Assembly: GCA_011391125.1 (NCBI GenBank)
Contig: JAABRE010000007.1
Span: 30,660 to 94,659 of the forward strand
Length of the DNA stretch: 64,000 nucleotides
Reading direction: 5' to 3'
Origin: Synechococcales cyanobacterium S06
GTDB taxonomy: Bacteria; Cyanobacteriota; Cyanobacteriia; Cyanobacteriales; JAABRE01
Part shown: piece after piece, positions 28,977-40,045 of the stretch
Position numbering within the stretch: position 1 is the stretch's first letter
How the letters are laid out: each line of letters opens with the position of its first letter
Translations under genes and position numbers: made by a program
The notes under the pieces: model-generated
What the model was told of the DNA's origin: nothing
The model's database searches: none
What the model saw: the letters and a program-made list of their open reading frames with translations, nothing else

Positions 28977-29939
28977 ATGCAAAGTTTAAGAAATTATTAT
29001 GAAGTTTTAGAAGTTCAGTCAAATGCCACTGGTGATGAAATTAAGAGGGCTTTTCGTAAATTAGCGAGGCGTTATCATCCAGACGTTAACCCCGGTGATT
29101 TAACCGCCGAGGAAAAATTTAAGAACCTTAATGAAGCTTATGAGGTGCTTTCTGATGATGAAAAGCGATCGCAATATGATCTTTTTCTCCGTCAACAAAA
29201 AACCGCAAAAAGACCAAGTTTTAACAAAAATAATACCACTAAAGCTGCGGAATATAGCGATTTTAATCAGTTTGTCGATCAGATGCGCAATCGTCGACCT
29301 CCAGCGAACACCACAGCAACAGCCGAAAATCCTCGTATTCGGGTTAATTCCACTGAAGGATATAAACCTGGTACGGTCAAAACCCCAAAAGTGGTTAATC
29401 CGAGGGCCGGTGCTGTTAGGCCGAGGGATATTGAGGCTAGGTTAACTTTACCACTGGAAAAGGCTTATTTAGGCGGAAAAGAGCGGATTCGCCTCGAAGA
29501 TGGTAGATCTTTGGAGGTGGAAATGCCTCCGGGGATGCTCGATGGACAGAAAATTCGCCTCAAAGGTCAAGGCATTGCTGGTGGTGACTTATACCTCAAG
29601 ATAACCGTTGCACCCCATGCACTATTTGAGTTACAGGGTGCTGATATTTACTGCCAAGTTCCGGTTACTCCCTCGGAAGCGGTATTAGGAGGTGCGGTGG
29701 AAGTGCCAACTATTGACGGTTTAGTTAAAATGACCGTCCCTAGTGGTGTGAGAAGTGGTCAACGGCTGCGGTTGGCGAATAAAGGTTATCCCCGAGGAAA
29801 AGATAATTCTCGGGGTGATCAATTGGTGGAAATAGTGATAGTAACTCCCAAGGAAATTAGCGAAGAAGAAAGAGATTTGTATCGCCAAATTCGGGAATTA
29901 GAAACTTTTAAACCTCGCAAAAATTTAGTTGAAAATTAG
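28977..29939 (+). CDS. dnaJ: DnaJ class B (J domain plus C-terminal domain, no Zn finger)
   Basis: NYYEVLEV...ARRYHPD...NEAYEVLSD, then DnaJ_C motifs GDLYL and GQRLRL. Confidence 0.93.
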   Translation: MQSLRNYYEVLEVQSNATGDEIKRAFRKLARRYHPDVNPGDLTAEEKFKNLNEAYEVLSDDEKRSQYDLFLRQQKTAKRPSFNKNNTTKAAEYSDFNQFVDQMRNRRPPANTTATAENPRIRVNSTEGYKPGTVKTPKVVNPRAGAVRPRDIEARLTLPLEKAYLGGKERIRLEDGRSLEVEMPPGMLDGQKIRLKGQGIAGGDLYLKITVAPHALFELQGADIYCQVPVTPSEAVLGGAVEVPTIDGLVKMTVPSGVRSGQRLRLANKGYPRGKDNSRGDQLVEIVIVTPKEISEEERDLYRQIRELETFKPRKNLVEN

Positions 29940-29975
29940 GAGAAAAAATGACAAAATTAATTATTTAAAAATTAA

Positions 29976-30863
29976 TTAAAGAGAGTTATTTTCACCTAAC
30001 AAAGAATTATTGCTTCGGTAAGTTTTTAATAGAGATAGGAATTTTGTTCTATTAAAACTGCGAGGATCTTTTCTTAGGCCTGATCGATCAACAGATTGAT
30101 GGGTAGTAATTCTGTCTTCAGAAATGTTGGTTTGAGCTATTAACCAGGCTAAAGATTCATATTGGCCAGCGGTATAACCACTGTGCGATCGCTGATTACC
30201 TCGACCATCAGCAGGGGTTTCTAAGGAGACATGATAGGCAAAATTGTTGACAGAGCTAGGAAATTTGGGATGAAGTTTGACGGTTTCCACTCCTGATGGT
30301 CCTTTAAAGATGGAATTACCCGCTCCAAATGCTCTCTTTTCCGGTGGGACGAGATAAACAATAGCACCGTTGCGCGGAATTAAAACATGGTAACTAACTT
30401 GATTGGTTTCTCGAATGTTATTATTTTTAAAAGTATTAATCGCGCTAGTTGCTGAACCCACCGTTTCATGTAAAACCAGTATCATTTGATTATTGATGGG
30501 CTTGCCGTAAATATCTTGAGAAGCGCGAGTTTCATAGTTGCTAGGATGTACATTGACAATGCTTTGTTGGGGTATATATTCAGGCGTTGTGATGGCTTTA
30601 GCAACAATAGTAGGTTGGGGAAGAATAGGTGTATAAATCTGTAATTCATCTTCAGGTTTTATTTCATCAAATGAATTAGATTTCGATAAATTATTTTCTT
30701 GTGCAGATAAACTGGTTAGGGATGGAATAAACTTGAAAATAGTGGGAGTAAAAATTATTAAAAAGGTGATTAATCCCATTAAAAATATTGATTTGAGGAA
30801 CTTGAATTTCATTGTTATTACTAATAGGGTTTTTTTACCAGATTTACATTTATAATAATTCAT
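29976..30863 (-). CDS. N-acetylmuramoyl-L-alanine amidase (Amidase_2)
   Basis: N-terminal TM; LVLHETVG, SYHVLI, RAFGAG and ITTH...DP motifs. Confidence 0.85.
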   Translation of the reverse strand: MNYYKCKSGKKTLLVITMKFKFLKSIFLMGLITFLIIFTPTIFKFIPSLTSLSAQENNLSKSNSFDEIKPEDELQIYTPILPQPTIVAKAITTPEYIPQQSIVNVHPSNYETRASQDIYGKPINNQMILVLHETVGSATSAINTFKNNNIRETNQVSYHVLIPRNGAIVYLVPPEKRAFGAGNSIFKGPSGVETVKLHPKFPSSVNNFAYHVSLETPADGRGNQRSHSGYTAGQYESLAWLIAQTNISEDRITTHQSVDRSGLRKDPRSFNRTKFLSLLKTYRSNNSLLGENNSL

Positions 30864-30876
30864 AATTACCTAGTCG

Positions 30877-30931
30877 GTAGGGTGGGCATTGCCCACCAAA
30901 TGATTCTTGTGGTGGGCAATGCCCACCCTAC
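30877..30931. repeat. GTAG-type double palindrome overlapping the stop codon of the R-M gene
   Basis: GTAGGGTGGGCATTGCCCACC...GGTGGGCAATGCCCACCCTAC. Confidence 0.9.
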
Positions 30932-33900
30932 TTAATTTTCTCCTGAATAATTGCCATTTCTTCTGGAGTTAATCCATATAAAAGGGCTACTTTCTCGTCT
31001 AATTCTGCTTCCCATTTCTCTACTCCTATTCCTTTTGCTTCAATACATTTTTGTACTAATTTTTCGATCGCCTTTTTCTCTTTTTCTGTTACTTTAGGAA
31101 TGGGAATTTGTGAAACATGGATTGATTGAAATTCAAAAAAACCTCCTTGTCTTGTAGCTGCACTTTGAGAGATTAAATACTGACAAATTTTAGAATTTAA
31201 AATTGCCACCAAATATTGATCATTTTCAGATACGATTAAATTAGCAGGAGCAGAAAGATAATAACCTTTTTTTGTACAAGAAAACTGTGGTTTAGTTGCT
31301 AAATTTCCCCAGACAATTAAAGAAGAATTAAATCGTTGCCAATAAGCACAACTTCTTAATTCCCAAAAATATTTACCTTGATCTGTTCGTTTAATTAATT
31401 TTTCTCGATAATTGTTAAATCTGTTATAAATGGCGGGATAAGTATTAGCAAAAATTTGTTCAGCTTCTTCTTTTGGTTTATCACTCCAAGGATGTTTTTT
31501 ATTTTCCGAAGATTCAATTTTAATTAAATATTGATCGGCAAAATTAATAGTCCATCTTTTAACATCTCTACCCCGAATTAATGGTTTTAAAATTTCTGCG
31601 GAAGAAGGATGTTCATTAATTAATTGATCCCTAGTTTCTTTATTTATTACAAATGCTTCATTAAAACCCGTTTTAATGCCATAATAAAACTTACCTTCCA
31701 CATATTCACCTAAAGGAATACCAGAATTTTTTAACTTATCTAATAAAGCTAAAATTTGAGGTGATTCTAATTGCCAACCTTCTGGTTTTAATAGTGTTTG
31801 ATCAATGGAGATATAATTATTTTTAAATATCTCAGGAAAATCTTTAATATTGGCCTCCGTTGATTGATCCCAAGACATTGCTTTAATATGATTTTGATTC
31901 GGTTGATTTTTACTCATGACAATAATACTAGGATAGGCGATCGCTTCATCAAATACGGGATAATCACCAAAATCAATTAAAGTATGAATAGTGGTATTTT
32001 CTGTTAAGAAATGACGGAGTTTTTCCCCATAATTAGAGCGAAAATATTTGTTAGAACAAATGTAGGCAAAATGACCCGTATTTTTTAATAATTTCAACCC
32101 CAATTCATAGAAATAAACAAATAAATCTGCTACCCCCGTATAACAGGTATAATTTTCTTGCAAAAAGGGTTTCAATTCCTTAATTTCCTCTTGTCTGATA
32201 TAGGGAGGATTGCCAATAATCACATCAAAACCGACAAAATCACCCTCATTATTTAATACTTCGGGAAATTCAAAACGCCATTCAAAAGCCTTTTCATAGA
32301 TTTTATCACTTTTGAGTTCCTCGATTTTTAGTCGTAAAATTTCGATGTCTTTTTCCAAAGATTTCTGTTGTTTCTCCTTCTCTTTTTGCTCCTTTTTAGT
32401 CGGTTCAAAAAGTTCGGTTTGATGCAATAAATTCTCTAATTCACCCTCCTTTTTTAAGAGCTTTTTAAATTGGGGATCAGTATGATAAATTTCAGTGGTA
32501 AAATTATCCTTAATTTCCTTAATTAAATTTACCATAGCTTGCTTTTCTTGTTTATTTAGAGCATTTTGATAAATTTTAACTGCATTTCGATAGGTTTCAA
32601 TGGTGAATTTTTTCTTACTTAAAACTCCCTTTAAACTACTGTTTAAATCAAAACGACTAATCAAAGAATTGCCACATTTAATATTAATATCAAGATTAGA
32701 TAAAGTTTCTAAATCTTGATAATTAGTTTCAGCTTTATAATAAGCATTTTTTAAGAGTTCAATCCATAAACGTAAACGACAAATTTGTACCGAGTTCGGA
32801 CTAATATCTACCCCAAATAAACAATTTTCAATGATTCTTTGTTTTTCATGAAAGAGAGTTTTTTGTACTCGATTACTTTCCTTTCCTTCAATCTGATATT
32901 CAAAAAAAGTACCATTTTCATCAGTTATAATTAACTCATCATTAACTACCTGTATATCATAACCTCGTAAAGCTTTGCCATTTTCATCTAATAAAATATT
33001 TAACTCACTTTTAATGGCAATTATTTCATTAAGGGCCGACACCAAAAAATGACCAGAACCAACAGCTGGATCACATATTTTTATGGTATTAATAATTTTA
33101 TCGGCCTCTCCATATTCGGGAACTTTAATGTAATTATAGAGTTGCTCAAAATTCTGACAATTCCAACCTTTTACCTCATTAAATTTCTTGACAACCGCGC
33201 GACGTAAAGTTTCACGACACATAGACATCGTGATATAACCCGGGGTAAAAAATGAACCGTCTTTATAACCGTTTATTTTCTCAAAAATCAACCCTAAAAC
33301 CGCAGCATTGATCAGGGTTTTATTGTCTTCTTGGATAGTTTCACTACCCTCACTACTAAAATCATAAGAATCTAAAAACTCAAATAAATAGATAAGAGAA
33401 TTAAGTTTTCCTGTGCGTTTTTTTCCTTCTTTATCCTTTAAAACAGTCGTCGAAAAAATTGGTAAATTTTCCTCAGCAATATCCTTAATAAATACAGTCG
33501 TTTTTTCTAATTCTGTCGGTTCAAATAGAGAACTATTTAGATAGGGAATATACTCGAAAATACGTCGTAAATCTTCATTTCTCAGCTCCTTTTTTTTAGC
33601 TAAAATCTCAAAAAATAACTCATTTAATTCGTGATAATTATGGATTTTACTTTTATGCAAAAAAGCATAATTATAATTTCCTTTTTCGTATTTATTTTGA
33701 TAATTGATTAATTGGGCTTCGAGTAATTTAAGAAATAAAATCCGATTAAGCCATGTGATTACTAATTCTAAGGCCACCTCAAAGAGTTTGTCCTCATATT
33801 TTTTGCCCCATTTTAAGGGAGAAAATTTACTTAAACTAACTAATTTATTTATCGTATTTTCAATCAAAGAACCAGATAAACGATCTTTTTGAGAATTTCG

Positions 33901-34719
33901 AGCAATTATTTTTTTACCTTTTTGTTGTACTTCAGTTAGTCCAATTATATACAATAATTCAGTATAAAATTCCGTGTCTAATTTATTACTATCATTGGCA
34001 AAAGGTAACTGAAGTAAATGTTCGGGAGATAAAATTTTAAATAGTGCAATTAAAGCTTTATCTTCCTCCTTATTTTCTCCTTTTAAATACTGTTGATAAT
34101 CCCGTATATCAAAATAAGTAAATTGTAAGTTATCCTTAATTTTTTCCACCCAAGGTGCTGCTATTTCTTGATAAAAATATTCTGTCTTTGTTCCCTCTAA
34201 TTCTCGATTCTGAAAAGCTTGAAACTGATTAACAAACCCCTGATTTTTCGCAAAATAACTATCAAAAATTTCCTCATCAAAGATAAACCATTCATTAATA
34301 TTAGTGGCAATTAAATGGGTAATATCATGATTATTTTCGTTAATTCTTTCCCGCATAAAATACAAAATTAACTCATGAAAAGCCTTAGTATTAAGATTAT
34401 CAACCTTTAACATTTCGGTACGATTAGTGGGCTTTTTCGCCTCAATAATTACCCCAACCGAATCAGTTGCTTCTTTCCCTTTATGAATAACAAGATCATT
34501 TCGTCCTTTGGTATTTATGAAATGATCAGGACTATAATAAGTATTTTTCAGAAAGTCGGCAATTAAATTTTTATTAAATTCCTCTGATTCAGAATCATTT
34601 ATTCTCTCTAATAAATTTGAAAAATTTTTCTTAAATTTTTCAATATCTCTTCTAATAGGTTTTAATCTTAAAAAAGCTTTATTGAGAGACTTTCTAGGAG
34701 TCAAAATAGAATTATTCAT
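30928..34719 (-). CDS. Type IIG restriction-modification enzyme (Eco57I-like, fused endonuclease and amino-methyltransferase)
   Basis: N-terminal nuclease NDLVI...IIEAK, MTase motif I ICDPAVGSGHFL, motif IV IGNPPYI, and a TaqI_C-like target recognition domain. Confidence 0.92.
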   Translation of the reverse strand: MNNSILTPRKSLNKAFLRLKPIRRDIEKFKKNFSNLLERINDSESEEFNKNLIADFLKNTYYSPDHFINTKGRNDLVIHKGKEATDSVGVIIEAKKPTNRTEMLKVDNLNTKAFHELILYFMRERINENNHDITHLIATNINEWFIFDEEIFDSYFAKNQGFVNQFQAFQNRELEGTKTEYFYQEIAAPWVEKIKDNLQFTYFDIRDYQQYLKGENKEEDKALIALFKILSPEHLLQLPFANDSNKLDTEFYTELLYIIGLTEVQQKGKKIIARNSQKDRLSGSLIENTINKLVSLSKFSPLKWGKKYEDKLFEVALELVITWLNRILFLKLLEAQLINYQNKYEKGNYNYAFLHKSKIHNYHELNELFFEILAKKKELRNEDLRRIFEYIPYLNSSLFEPTELEKTTVFIKDIAEENLPIFSTTVLKDKEGKKRTGKLNSLIYLFEFLDSYDFSSEGSETIQEDNKTLINAAVLGLIFEKINGYKDGSFFTPGYITMSMCRETLRRAVVKKFNEVKGWNCQNFEQLYNYIKVPEYGEADKIINTIKICDPAVGSGHFLVSALNEIIAIKSELNILLDENGKALRGYDIQVVNDELIITDENGTFFEYQIEGKESNRVQKTLFHEKQRIIENCLFGVDISPNSVQICRLRLWIELLKNAYYKAETNYQDLETLSNLDINIKCGNSLISRFDLNSSLKGVLSKKKFTIETYRNAVKIYQNALNKQEKQAMVNLIKEIKDNFTTEIYHTDPQFKKLLKKEGELENLLHQTELFEPTKKEQKEKEKQQKSLEKDIEILRLKIEELKSDKIYEKAFEWRFEFPEVLNNEGDFVGFDVIIGNPPYIRQEEIKELKPFLQENYTCYTGVADLFVYFYELGLKLLKNTGHFAYICSNKYFRSNYGEKLRHFLTENTTIHTLIDFGDYPVFDEAIAYPSIIVMSKNQPNQNHIKAMSWDQSTEANIKDFPEIFKNNYISIDQTLLKPEGWQLESPQILALLDKLKNSGIPLGEYVEGKFYYGIKTGFNEAFVINKETRDQLINEHPSSAEILKPLIRGRDVKRWTINFADQYLIKIESSENKKHPWSDKPKEEAEQIFANTYPAIYNRFNNYREKLIKRTDQGKYFWELRSCAYWQRFNSSLIVWGNLATKPQFSCTKKGYYLSAPANLIVSENDQYLVAILNSKICQYLISQSAATRQGGFFEFQSIHVSQIPIPKVTEKEKKAIEKLVQKCIEAKGIGVEKWEAELDEKVALLYGLTPEEMAIIQEKIK

Positions 34720-34764
34720 AGGTAATTAAATTAATAAAAAAACACTTAAACTAATATTATACTA

Positions 34765-34872
34765 TTAGTAGGTCATGGCGTTAATTATTTCTTGTGAGCA
34801 ATATTTTAAGAATGTAAAAGCTCGTTGTTGCGCTTTAGCGCATTAGATAGCCCTAAAGCGCAACAACGAACC
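34765..34872. repeat. GTTGTTGCGCTTTAGCGC palindromic repeat / partial MITE
   Basis: TCGTTGTTGCGCTTTAGCGC-ATTAGATA-GCCCTAAAGCGCAACAACGA. Confidence 0.8.
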
Positions 34873-34912
34873 ATTTGCAAAGTTTTAATCAATAAACTGA
34901 GGTTAAATCGGT

Positions 34913-35497
34913 ATGAATCAACCAATTTTATTAGAAATTCCACCCAAATTTAAGGTGACAGAAACACAGTTTGAACTTTTGTCCACTTTTAATCGAGATT
35001 TAAGAATGGAACGTAATTGTAATGGAGAATTAATCATTATGCCCCCAACAGGTGGAAATACAGGAAAACGTAACGCCAATTTAGCTTATCAAATACAATT
35101 ATGGAATAATAAATACAAATTAGGGGAAGTGTTTGATTCTTCTACGGCATTTCGACTCCCCAATGGAGCGCAAAAATCCCCCGATGTCAGTTGGATTAAA
35201 AAGGAGCGTTGGGAAACCTTAACACCCCAAGAAAAAGACAGTTTTCCTCCCCTTTGTCCTGACTTTGTTGTCGAATTACGCTCTCGTACAGATAGTATGG
35301 TAAAATTGCGCGAAAAAATGCAAGAATACCTCGATAATGGTATTAGTTTGGGGTGGTTAATTGACCCGCAAAATAAAATTGTTGAAATTTATCGACCTAA
35401 TCAGAAGGTGGAAATTTTACAGTCACCAAAAATATTATCAGGAGAGAATATTCTCCCTGATTTTGTGTTAGATTTAGAGTTAATTTTTAGGGATTAA
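34913..35497 (+). CDS. Uma2 family endonuclease
   Basis: GELIIMPPTGG, FDSSTAF, SPDVSW, CPDFVVELRS and GWLIDP motifs. Confidence 0.93.
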   Translation: MNQPILLEIPPKFKVTETQFELLSTFNRDLRMERNCNGELIIMPPTGGNTGKRNANLAYQIQLWNNKYKLGEVFDSSTAFRLPNGAQKSPDVSWIKKERWETLTPQEKDSFPPLCPDFVVELRSRTDSMVKLREKMQEYLDNGISLGWLIDPQNKIVEIYRPNQKVEILQSPKILSGENILPDFVLDLELIFRD

Positions 35498-35547
35498 AAA
35501 TCATTATTGAACTTTAAGGTTAGCGCTAAAGCGTAACTACAAACTTT

Positions 35548-36321
35548 TTAAAATAGCAGGTATTTTTGCCTAAATTCTTGCACAACATTTAACAAATTTT
35601 TGTCAAGAATTGCTTTAGTTTCTGATGCTATATATTCGGGAATACCACCGTAAAATGCTTCGGCAATTCCACCACAAAGACAGGCGATTGTGTCACTATC
35701 TCCTCCTAAAGATATGGCATTTCTGATGGCATCTTCGTAATTTTCTGACTCTAAAAATGCGATGATTGCTTGAGGAACTGAACCTTGACAAGAGACATCA
35801 AATTTATAATTAGGGCGAATTTCTGCTAAGGTTTCATTCAAATTGTAAGCAAAATTATCCTCAATAAATGTCTTAATTTCTATCTTATTTTTACCTTTTC
35901 TAGCCAGAAAAATTGCACTGGCCGTTGCTTGTGTTCCTTTAATTCCTTCGGGATGATTATGGGTAACTTCGGCACTTTTTTTCGCTTCTAATAACACCGT
36001 TTCTAACTCATCAAAAGCAAATCCTACCGCACTAACTCGCATCGCTGAACCGTTACCCCAGCTGTTATAGGGCTGCATATTATCAGATTTTCCCCAACCC
36101 TGAAAACTTGCACCATAACCGCGTTTAGGATATCTTTTATAATATTCTTTTAATTTGAGATTATAGGGTTTATTATTAATAATTGCATCGGCAATTGCAA
36201 CGGTTAAAACGGTATCATCTGTAAAATCACTATTCCTTTTAAATAAAGGAAAATCCTTGGTTTTAATATTATGCCATTCATACACTGAACCAATTATATC
36301 ACCGGCGATCGCTCCTAACAT
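35548..36321 (-). CDS. ADP-ribosylglycohydrolase family protein
   Basis: GAIAGDIIGS, FTDDT, SWGNGSAMR, THNHPEG and GGDSDT motifs. Confidence 0.93.
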   Translation of the reverse strand: MLGAIAGDIIGSVYEWHNIKTKDFPLFKRNSDFTDDTVLTVAIADAIINNKPYNLKLKEYYKRYPKRGYGASFQGWGKSDNMQPYNSWGNGSAMRVSAVGFAFDELETVLLEAKKSAEVTHNHPEGIKGTQATASAIFLARKGKNKIEIKTFIEDNFAYNLNETLAEIRPNYKFDVSCQGSVPQAIIAFLESENYEDAIRNAISLGGDSDTIACLCGGIAEAFYGGIPEYIASETKAILDKNLLNVVQEFRQKYLLF

Positions 36322-36543
36322 ATTACCTCCAAATTTATCTATCCTGTCAGGTTTTTAAATTTAGCTCCTTGTCTGCACCCGAGTCAATCTTTTGGGAGTT
36401 AATTTGCTTGCAACAAGAAACCAAATGTATTCATTTTGATCAAAAAAAGATAATTATTTTTCTGCCTTATTTTTTATTAGCAATTTAAATAGTGCTATAA
36501 TTTTTTACAAAGCAATTTATTTGCTTAAATATAAAATGTTTCA

Positions 36544-36828
36544 ATGTATGAAAAAAATCCTGATCAAAAAATTATCAATTATGGCTTAATTAAAATGGAA
36601 ACTATCAATTTAGATCGCATTGTGATTAAACAGGATGTTTGTTTGGGACAACCAACCATCCGAGGTTTGAGAATTACGGTTGCTTTTGTGCTAAAGCTTT
36701 TAGCCAATCAACTGTCTGTTGCTGAAATTATCCAAGCTTATCCTGAATTAGAAGCTGAAGATATAAAACAAGCTCTTAATTATGCCGCTTGGACAGTATC
36801 AGATCAACAAATTAGCATTTCATCGTGA
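36544..36828 (+). CDS. DUF433 domain protein (likely start ATG 36595)
   Basis: GQPTIRGLRITV...IIQAYPELEAEDIKQALNYAA. Confidence 0.9.
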   Translation: MYEKNPDQKIINYGLIKMETINLDRIVIKQDVCLGQPTIRGLRITVAFVLKLLANQLSVAEIIQAYPELEAEDIKQALNYAAWTVSDQQISISS

Positions 36829-37199
36829 AAAATATACGTTTATTAGCTGATCTTCATATTTCTCCCAAAACTGTTGCATCTTTACAACAGCAAGGATACG
36901 ATATCAGGCGAATTTCAGAAATTTTACCGGCTAATTCTCCTGATCTTGATATTTTAGAATTAGCGCGTTCGACTAACTCCATTGTTGTTACTCAAGATTT
37001 AGATTTTTCCATGTTGGTCGCCCTTAGTGGCAAAAGTCAACCAAGCTTGATAACTTTGCGTTTATCCGAAGCTACTCCTGATCTTGTCACTCAAAAACTA
37101 TTAGCTATACTACCAAAAATAGAGGAACTTTTACAATCAGGTTCTGCTGTTACCATAAAAAATGATCTCGTTCGCATTCGCAAATTACCTATTCGGTAA
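36825..37199 (+). CDS. DUF5615 family PIN-like protein (toxin-like)
   Basis: LLADLHIS, PDLDIL and VVTQDLDF motifs; GTGA overlap with the DUF433 gene. Confidence 0.88.
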   Translation: MKNIRLLADLHISPKTVASLQQQGYDIRRISEILPANSPDLDILELARSTNSIVVTQDLDFSMLVALSGKSQPSLITLRLSEATPDLVTQKLLAILPKIEELLQSGSAVTIKNDLVRIRKLPIR

Positions 37200-37206
37200 A
37201 GTCCGC

Positions 37207-38385
37207 TTAAATCTGGCGAATTACTGTTAGTAATTCCTCAATTTGTTGGGTTGTGTGGGTCGCCATTAACGAAAATCTAATCCTACTGGTTGGCACTGTT
37301 GGCGGCCGAATCGCTGGAGCAAAAATACCCGCTTCTTTTAATTTTTCCGACGCTATTAATGCTGTTTTTGCTGACTCTAATCCTAGGCAAATAATCGGTG
37401 ATTCTGACGGCAAATTGACCGGATTTTTCCCCTTACTAAGGGGGATAATTTTTGATAATTCCTGTTTAAAATAAGTCACGTTTTCACCTAATTTTGCCCT
37501 GCGTTGGGGTTCGGTTTCTACAATTGCGATCGCCCTCAACGCTGCTGCCGTGTCTGCGGGACTCAACGCTGTCGTATAAATCCAACTGGGCGATCGATTC
37601 CGCAAAAAGTCGATTAACGTTGCACTCCCCGCCACGTAACCTCCCAAACTCCCCAATGCTTTGCTCAATGTCCCAACTTGGATCATTTCCTCACCGCTAC
37701 AGCCGAAATGTTCCACACACCCCGCTCCCGTTTTTCCCATGACTCCCGTGGCGTGTGCTTCATCAAATAAGACCATGCAATCATATTTTTTTCCCAAGCT
37801 TAATAAATCAGGTACTTGACAAATGTCGCCGTCCATGCTGAAGACAGAATCCGTGGTTATTAAACAACGGCGATATTGATGGCGGTTTTCCTCTAACTTG
37901 GCTGCTAAATCCTTGAAATCGCAGTGTAAATATTCAATGACCGTCGCTCCGCTAAGTTTAGCGCCATTTTTCAAGCTGGAATGATTGTAAATATCCCCCA
38001 AAATCAGGTCTTTTGAGCCGACAATGGCGGCAATTGTGCCAATATTCGCTAAATAGCCCGAACTAAATACTAAGGCATCTTCGGTCTGTTTTAAACGGGC
38101 GATCGCCTGTTCAAGTTGGCTATGTAGATCACGATGACCACTCAGTAAACGTGAGCCGGTGCTTCCTGTGCCGTATTGTTCCACGGCGGCGATCGCACTT
38201 TGGATTAATCGTTCATCTCCGGCTAAACCTAAGTAGTCGTTACTAGCGAAATTAATAACAGTTTTTCCCTCTAATTCTAGGGTTGATCCGGGTAAATTTG
38301 ACACCGTTTTTTCGCTACGATACCAGTTAGCTTTATGGAGGGTTTCTAGGGATTTATTTAACCATTTATAGGGACCTTTTGTCAT
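37207..38385 (-). CDS. bioF: 8-amino-7-oxononanoate synthase
   Basis: [39 protein letters not shown] and AIRPPTV motifs. Confidence 0.95.
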   Translation of the reverse strand: MTKGPYKWLNKSLETLHKANWYRSEKTVSNLPGSTLELEGKTVINFASNDYLGLAGDERLIQSAIAAVEQYGTGSTGSRLLSGHRDLHSQLEQAIARLKQTEDALVFSSGYLANIGTIAAIVGSKDLILGDIYNHSSLKNGAKLSGATVIEYLHCDFKDLAAKLEENRHQYRRCLITTDSVFSMDGDICQVPDLLSLGKKYDCMVLFDEAHATGVMGKTGAGCVEHFGCSGEEMIQVGTLSKALGSLGGYVAGSATLIDFLRNRSPSWIYTTALSPADTAAALRAIAIVETEPQRRAKLGENVTYFKQELSKIIPLSKGKNPVNLPSESPIICLGLESAKTALIASEKLKEAGIFAPAIRPPTVPTSRIRFSLMATHTTQQIEELLTVIRQI

Positions 38386-38461
38386 GGTTTTATTTTTGTT
38401 TGTTGGGTGGTTTTCTCACGCAAAGGCGCAAAGGCGCAAAGAAGAAGACGCAAAGGGGTTT

Positions 38462-38839
38462 TTATTCGCTGAATAGGTTATGAATTATCATGTAACTTAG
38501 TAACCAATTTGCCGCTGTTGCTCTACGAGTTTGTCTTGGTCCAAAGTCGCCTATTTTATATCCTTCAAATCCTAGTTTTTCTTTTAGTAATTGTTTGTTT
38601 TCTTTGGGTATTGAGCGGGTTAATTTAACTGTCGGAGGCCTGTTTTCGATAAAGTCAGGTGGCTCTGGATATTCGTTTTTCCACTCTTCTGATACTCTGC
38701 TATTATCCCATTTTTCCTCTTTTTTATTATATCTATACCCTAAGTAATACCAAATTATCTGATTGACGGTGCGATCGCTTATTTCTTCTCTGATTATTTT
38801 CCAAATGGTTTCTGTTGTTAATTCTGGTAATTTATCCAT
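38462..38839 (-). CDS. DUF1823 family protein
   Basis: YLGYR, YPEPPDFI, VKLTRSIP..KQLLKEKLGF.GY and TRRATAANWLL motifs. Confidence 0.85.
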   Translation of the reverse strand: MDKLPELTTETIWKIIREEISDRTVNQIIWYYLGYRYNKKEEKWDNSRVSEEWKNEYPEPPDFIENRPPTVKLTRSIPKENKQLLKEKLGFEGYKIGDFGPRQTRRATAANWLLSYMIIHNLFSE

Positions 38840-38845
38840 TTTTAC

Positions 38846-39898
38846 TTACTTTAAAATCGCTAATTCTTTTTGGTTAATTTCTATCTTTTTATTTGTCCAT
38901 TCTAATAGCCGATTCCAAGCCCACCAAGGATCATGATCTCCCCCTTTTTCCTGACACTTTTTACTACTAAAATAGCCCACATGACCACCAAATTCGGTGA
39001 GAATTCCTGTTAAATTTGGGTTATTTTGACAAGCAGTTTCTATCTCAGGAATAAGATTCGGATCAAACATGGGATCGTCTTTAGCGTACATCAAAAAGGT
39101 GGGTTTTTTCAGAGTAGGTAAAAGCTGTAAAGCGCTACTTGCTTGATAATATTCTGGTACTGTTTTAAATCCTAATTTCTCTATTACTAAATGTTCGTCA
39201 AATCCCCAAATACTATTGGCGCGATTAATGGCTTCGGGATCAATGTCTTGGGGATGATGTTTATGTAAATCCCAAGCTAGTTCTTTTAAGCCTTTGGTGA
39301 CGGCTTTTTCTAAATATTTTCCCAAAGGATGTTGAACTAAATAGGTGAGCGAGCGCAAGGAGTCTAAACTCGGACAAATTACCCCCCCTCCGGCTATGTC
39401 GGGGTTATCTTCACCAGCCTTGATGCCCCATAAGGCCAATTGACCGCCCAATGAATAACCCGTAAACCAGTAGGGGGGAGGACATCCCAAAGCTTTAGCC
39501 TGCATGGCGATTTCGACAAAATCTTGCCCTTCGTAAAGGCCATCGGAAGTTAGTATTGGCGATAATTGCGCTGTTTTTCCGTGTGCCCTCCAATCAAAGA
39601 AAACGACGGCGTAATTATCTGCGTAAGCTTTTCTACCTAAAATTTTCAAAAACCATTGATTATCTAAGTCGCCAGTAATGCCGTAGGTCCCAATAATTGT
39701 CCCTTTAGGTTGGTATGGGGTAGCAAAAATGCCGTGAATTGGCACTTTTTGTGCGCCTACAAAGGTTGTTTCTTGGTAAGGAGGTTTTTTTAGGTTAATT
39801 GTCTTTTCCCAAGTTTTATGGGCAATTTTAGCGGTGTAAATGGTCATGGCCAAGCCATTTTTGAGCCAAAATGGGGGAGTGTAGCTTAATTCATTCAT
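38846..39898 (-). CDS. YheT-like alpha/beta hydrolase
   Basis: GYSLGG nucleophile elbow, DDP and GGHVG motifs. Confidence 0.85.
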   Translation of the reverse strand: MNELSYTPPFWLKNGLAMTIYTAKIAHKTWEKTINLKKPPYQETTFVGAQKVPIHGIFATPYQPKGTIIGTYGITGDLDNQWFLKILGRKAYADNYAVVFFDWRAHGKTAQLSPILTSDGLYEGQDFVEIAMQAKALGCPPPYWFTGYSLGGQLALWGIKAGEDNPDIAGGGVICPSLDSLRSLTYLVQHPLGKYLEKAVTKGLKELAWDLHKHHPQDIDPEAINRANSIWGFDEHLVIEKLGFKTVPEYYQASSALQLLPTLKKPTFLMYAKDDPMFDPNLIPEIETACQNNPNLTGILTEFGGHVGYFSSKKCQEKGGDHDPWWAWNRLLEWTNKKIEINQKELAILK

Positions 39899-39921
39899 TA
39901 TTTATTGGTTCTTGGTTATTG

Positions 39922-39990
39922 GTAGGGTGGGCTGTTTTTTGAATAGTCAAGCTGTAAACCTAAAATTTTCTGAAAAACTGCCCACCTTAC
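39922..39990. repeat. GTAG-type REP-like element
   Basis: GTAGGGTGGGC...GCCCACCTTAC. Confidence 0.65.
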
Positions 39991-40045
39991 TCTTAGTAAA
40001 TTTTGTATGATTCTAATAGTTTACAAAAATTAATACAAATAAGTT

